Part shown: in pieces, positions 28,994 through 32,000 of the stretch | Layout of the letters: every line of letters begins with the position of its first letter | How positions within the stretch are numbered: the first letter of the stretch is position 1 | Assembly: GCA_000175855.1 (NCBI GenBank) | Contig: ACYB01000020.1 | Coordinates: 95,753-127,752, forward strand | Source: Raphidiopsis brookii D9 | GTDB taxonomy: Bacteria > Cyanobacteriota > Cyanobacteriia > Cyanobacteriales > Nostocaceae | Direction: 5' to 3' | Length of the DNA: 32,000 nt | Notes under the pieces: model-generated | Database searches by the model: none | Seen by the model: the letters and a program-made list of their open reading frames with translations, nothing else | Told to the model about the DNA's origin: nothing | Translations under genes and position numbers: made by a program

Positions 28994-29333
28994 AATAAGC
29001 TCAAACTTCTTGTCAGAAATTTATGTGTTAAGTTTATTGTCAGGTTATTGCATGATTTTATTTGATGTTTATTTGGTGTTTATTACTCAAGTTGTAGTTT
29101 TAGCCATAAGGCTGACTGTAGGCAGTTTGGCCCCTTACACGTGGCTAGGGCTATATATGCAGCTACTTAGGTTTAATAGGCACATATAGTCTGTTATTTT
29201 TAAGTAACAGATACACCAGTGTTAATGAAGTACTTCATCAACTTATCACAACTTAGTGAAATTGTCAGCTAGATTTGGCATTTTGTCCCAAAATGCTGCT
29301 TAGCGGCTAGTCTTAAATAACTTCGTTGTTGGT

Positions 29334-29774
29334 TTAACCAGGATAAAGACAAAAGGTATTACCACCATGTCTTTGAGCTCCTGTCAGTGCCTGATTAGCA
29401 GTATTTAATAGTTTTTCAACCGTGGAGCTAGACCTGGGAAATGTACCAGTAATACCAAGGCTAAATGATATTTCTACCGTACTGACCACAGTTTCATGAA
29501 GATCATGGGCAAGACGCACCGCAGCATCCAAAGACATATTTGGCAATAGAACACCAAAATTACCCTGTTTATAGTAAGCAAAGCAACTAGGTGGGTAAAG
29601 GCACTTGCGTATAACTAGGGCAATTTGACGAAGGTTAGAAGTATTTTTTGTTGTCTCTTGATTTGGATCAAAGTTATCAATAGCACAAAAAATTAAACTT
29701 AATGGCAGACCGTCAGAACTTAGCATTTGCCATTCCCGATCAACAACAGCAAGGAAATCCTCAGGTTGAACCAT
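29334..29774 (-). CDS. Degenerate GGDEF-domain protein
   Basis: REWQMLSSDGLPLSLIFCAIDNFD... and ...ISFSLGITGTFPRSSSTVEKLLNTANQALTGAQRHGGNTFCLY resemble a GGDEF domain. The GG[DE]EF motif is replaced by KQGNFGVLLP. Confidence 0.7.
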   Translation of the reverse strand: MVQPEDFLAVVDREWQMLSSDGLPLSLIFCAIDNFDPNQETTKNTSNLRQIALVIRKCLYPPSCFAYYKQGNFGVLLPNMSLDAAVRLAHDLHETVVSTVEISFSLGITGTFPRSSSTVEKLLNTANQALTGAQRHGGNTFCLYPG

Positions 29775-29784
29775 ATAGGGAATA

Positions 29785-30882
29785 TCAGAAAAAATGCTGA
29801 AATTGTGATCTATTTTTTCTCTTTTTTGGGTTAACTTCCCACTCTAAAGCATGGATGAGGGAATCAATTGCCTGAATGTCTACATTAGTCAAAGATTCCT
29901 TCACCAAAATATTCTCCATTTTAGCTGCTACTTGGGAACACTGGGGATAGCCGAAAGTACCTAAGCTACCTAATAAACTGTGGGTCATTCTCATCAGATA
30001 TTGCTGTTGTTGACCATTAGTTATTTCTGTTTCCAATTTAACAAGTCCCGCTCTTATGTCCGCAATTTTCTTAGGTAGGGACATTTCAAATTCTAATTTG
30101 ATCTGCTCCATTAGGACCAGTCCTTCACTTACACTAGAGTCTGTTATTGGTGAACTTGCTTGAGTTGGTATAGTTTCTACTACTTCCCGTTCTAATTCCC
30201 TTTTGCTTGTAAGACGATAGCCCAGTCCGTGAACAGTTTCAATCAGTTCTTCTTGCATCCCGGCTTTTTTAAGTTTATGTCGCAAATCCTTAACCAAATT
30301 AGTCACTGCACCATCCGTAGGAGAATCATCTATTGACCATAATTTGTCTATGATCTGACCCCGGGTGAAGATTTTTTGTGGGTAGCGCAAAAATAATTCT
30401 AAAAGCTGAAATTCCCTACGACTAAGGTTAATACTTGCTTCATCATATTTTACTTCTATTAGTTCGGGATCAAGCGAAAGACTGTTATAAACTAGTGTAT
30501 TCAAAGTCAATTGACTACCTATTCTTCTAGAGCAAGCCCTAATCCGTGCTAGCAATTCATGAATATAGTAGGGTTTAATCAAATAGTCATCCGCCCCAGC
30601 ATCTAGTCCGATAATAATATCTTCCTGTGTAGTTTTTGCGGTTACCATAATAATTTGACCCTGATAACCCTTATTACGCAGTGTGTGACACAAACTTAGC
30701 CCATCTAATTTAGGCATGAGTATATCCAGTAGAATCAGGTCATAATTGAACTGATATCCCATTTCTAGACCCATTTCACCATCATTGGCTACATCCACCA
30801 CATAGCGATGGGCAACCAGTGAGGTTTTAACAAGTTGACATAGGGATGTATCATCATCTACAACCAGGATTTTCATAATCAA
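29785..30882 (-). CDS. OmpR/PhoB-family response regulator with C-terminal HPt domain
   Basis: REC: ILVVDDDTSLCQLV, DLILLDILMPKLDGL, IIMVTAK, DAGADDYLIKPY. wHTH: LSRREFQLLELFLRYPQKIFTRGQIIDKLW...VHGLGYRL. HPt: MRMTHSLLGSLGTFG. Confidence 0.92.
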   Translation of the reverse strand: MIMKILVVDDDTSLCQLVKTSLVAHRYVVDVANDGEMGLEMGYQFNYDLILLDILMPKLDGLSLCHTLRNKGYQGQIIMVTAKTTQEDIIIGLDAGADDYLIKPYYIHELLARIRACSRRIGSQLTLNTLVYNSLSLDPELIEVKYDEASINLSRREFQLLELFLRYPQKIFTRGQIIDKLWSIDDSPTDGAVTNLVKDLRHKLKKAGMQEELIETVHGLGYRLTSKRELEREVVETIPTQASSPITDSSVSEGLVLMEQIKLEFEMSLPKKIADIRAGLVKLETEITNGQQQQYLMRMTHSLLGSLGTFGYPQCSQVAAKMENILVKESLTNVDIQAIDSLIHALEWEVNPKKRKNRSQFQHFF

Positions 30883-31041
30883 GATTAAACTATTGAATTA
30901 AACGAGATTTAACAAGAATTTTTTAGTTCTGCTTTTGCAGTACGTTTTATTAAACACTACTACTCCAGTAGTTTATCAGGCTACCATAGAGGGGTGCAAG
31001 ATACACCTTTCATCCCGTGACCAATTTTTCGGATTATCTCT

Positions 31042-32000
31042 ATGAATGCAATATGCCAAGATAAAATGACAATAAACAAGATTTTTGGAAAAATTCCTCT
31101 AAAAATATTACTGAGTATATTTTACTTAATACCAATTATCACCAGTGTGGGAGTAGTCAGCTATGTATCCTATCGTGCTGGAGAAGAATCAGTAAATGAG
31201 TTGGGTAATAATTTGATGACATCGACAACAGAACGGGTTAAAGATCACCTCAATAAGTATTTACAAATACCACAAAGAATAGTAGCTATAAATCGCCAGG
31301 GAATAGAAAACTCCTATCTTGACCCGGAAAACTGGGAAGCATTGAGATTATACTTTTTCAGTCAACTTAAATTATACAAAACCCCAGCAGCGATTTATTT
31401 CGGTGGTATTAATGGTGTATATACAGTATCTGGTCAAGACCAAATGGGCATAATTTCACCCAAAAATTCCTACTTGGGCGGTGGTACACACCCATCCCAT
31501 CTTGGTCAACGACGGCTTTATATTGTGGATGAAAGGGGAAAATATGTCAGAATTATTCCTGAACAAAGTAAACCCTATACACCCATTAACCTCCCATGGT
31601 TTAAAACTGCTCAAAATCAAAATAAACAAACATGGACATCAGTATACCCCTATCTTTATATTCCCACAGCTGCCATTTCCGCTGTTAGTCCTGTTTATAG
31701 TAATAACAAATTTATTGGCGTTGTAGGTTGTGATTTGGCTCTCACTCACATTAATTTACACTTACAAAAATTGCAGTTTTCACCATCAGGAAAGTTATTC
31801 ATTATAGAGAGGTCAGGAAATATAGTCGCTACTTCTACCAATGAAAACTTTTTACAAGAATTATTAGTAATAAAAAACAGATAAAAATATAGAATTAACA
31901 CGGTTAGCTGCCACAAAAAGTAGTAACCCAATAGTCTCAAGAACAGCAAAAGTATTATTTGAGCGTTGGAGAGACTTGCATAAAAATTCGGCAAGCGACT
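31042..32000 (+). CDS. N-terminal part of a Cache-domain membrane sensor (runs off the window), with an apparent frameshift at 31872-31877
   Basis: TM segment (ILLSIFYLIPIITSVGVVSYVSY), Cache-like region (AAIYFGGINGVYTVSGQDQMG...YTPINLPWFKTAQNQNKQTWTSVYPY...ISAVSPVYSNNKFIGVVGCDLAL). ORF stops at 31884, but IELTRLAATKSSNPIVSRTAKVLFERWRDL continues in another frame to the window end. Confidence 0.7.

Noticed and set aside
28983-29189. 68-aa hydrophobic ORF divergent from the PPIase gene
   Set aside because: Overlaps the PPIase start and has no recognisable motif. Not enough support to call it a gene.
1-32000. CRISPR arrays or intact mobile elements
   Set aside because: No regularly spaced direct repeats, complete transposase or terminal inverted repeats were noticed on reading.

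Overview
This is a cyanobacterial chromosomal window, probably Nostocales (inferred from gene content and style). Backbone, left to right: aldo/keto reductase; a frameshifted conserved gene; tRNA-His(GTG) on the minus strand; sirohydrochlorin chelatase and uroporphyrinogen-III methyltransferase; an RluA-family pseudouridine synthase; a complete phycocyanin operon cpcB-A-C-D-E-F with three tandem cpcG-type linker genes; a THI5/NMT1-like ABC transporter. An accessory-looking block at about 16.2-29.0 kb holds two asparagine-synthase-fold proteins that both lack the N-terminal glutaminase Cys. Between them are a LysA/ODC-fold protein without the Schiff-base lysine and an unknown zinc-ribbon/membrane protein. 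Beyond them are a nucleoside-phosphorylase-like protein and a type I secretion set: parvulin PPIase, CNB-domain ABC exporter with a degenerate C39-like domain, HlyD-like adaptor and a small co-oriented ORF. The right end has an OmpR-type regulator with HPt domain, a degenerate GGDEF protein and the start of a Cache-domain sensor. The best candidate for an undescribed system is the asn-like/lysA-like/asn-like block. Its linkage to the exporter and any product are inference. At least four genes appear split by small indels, several in homopolymers, so sequencing or assembly error must be excluded before they are called pseudogenes. Domain and family calls come from reading the translations, with no database search.
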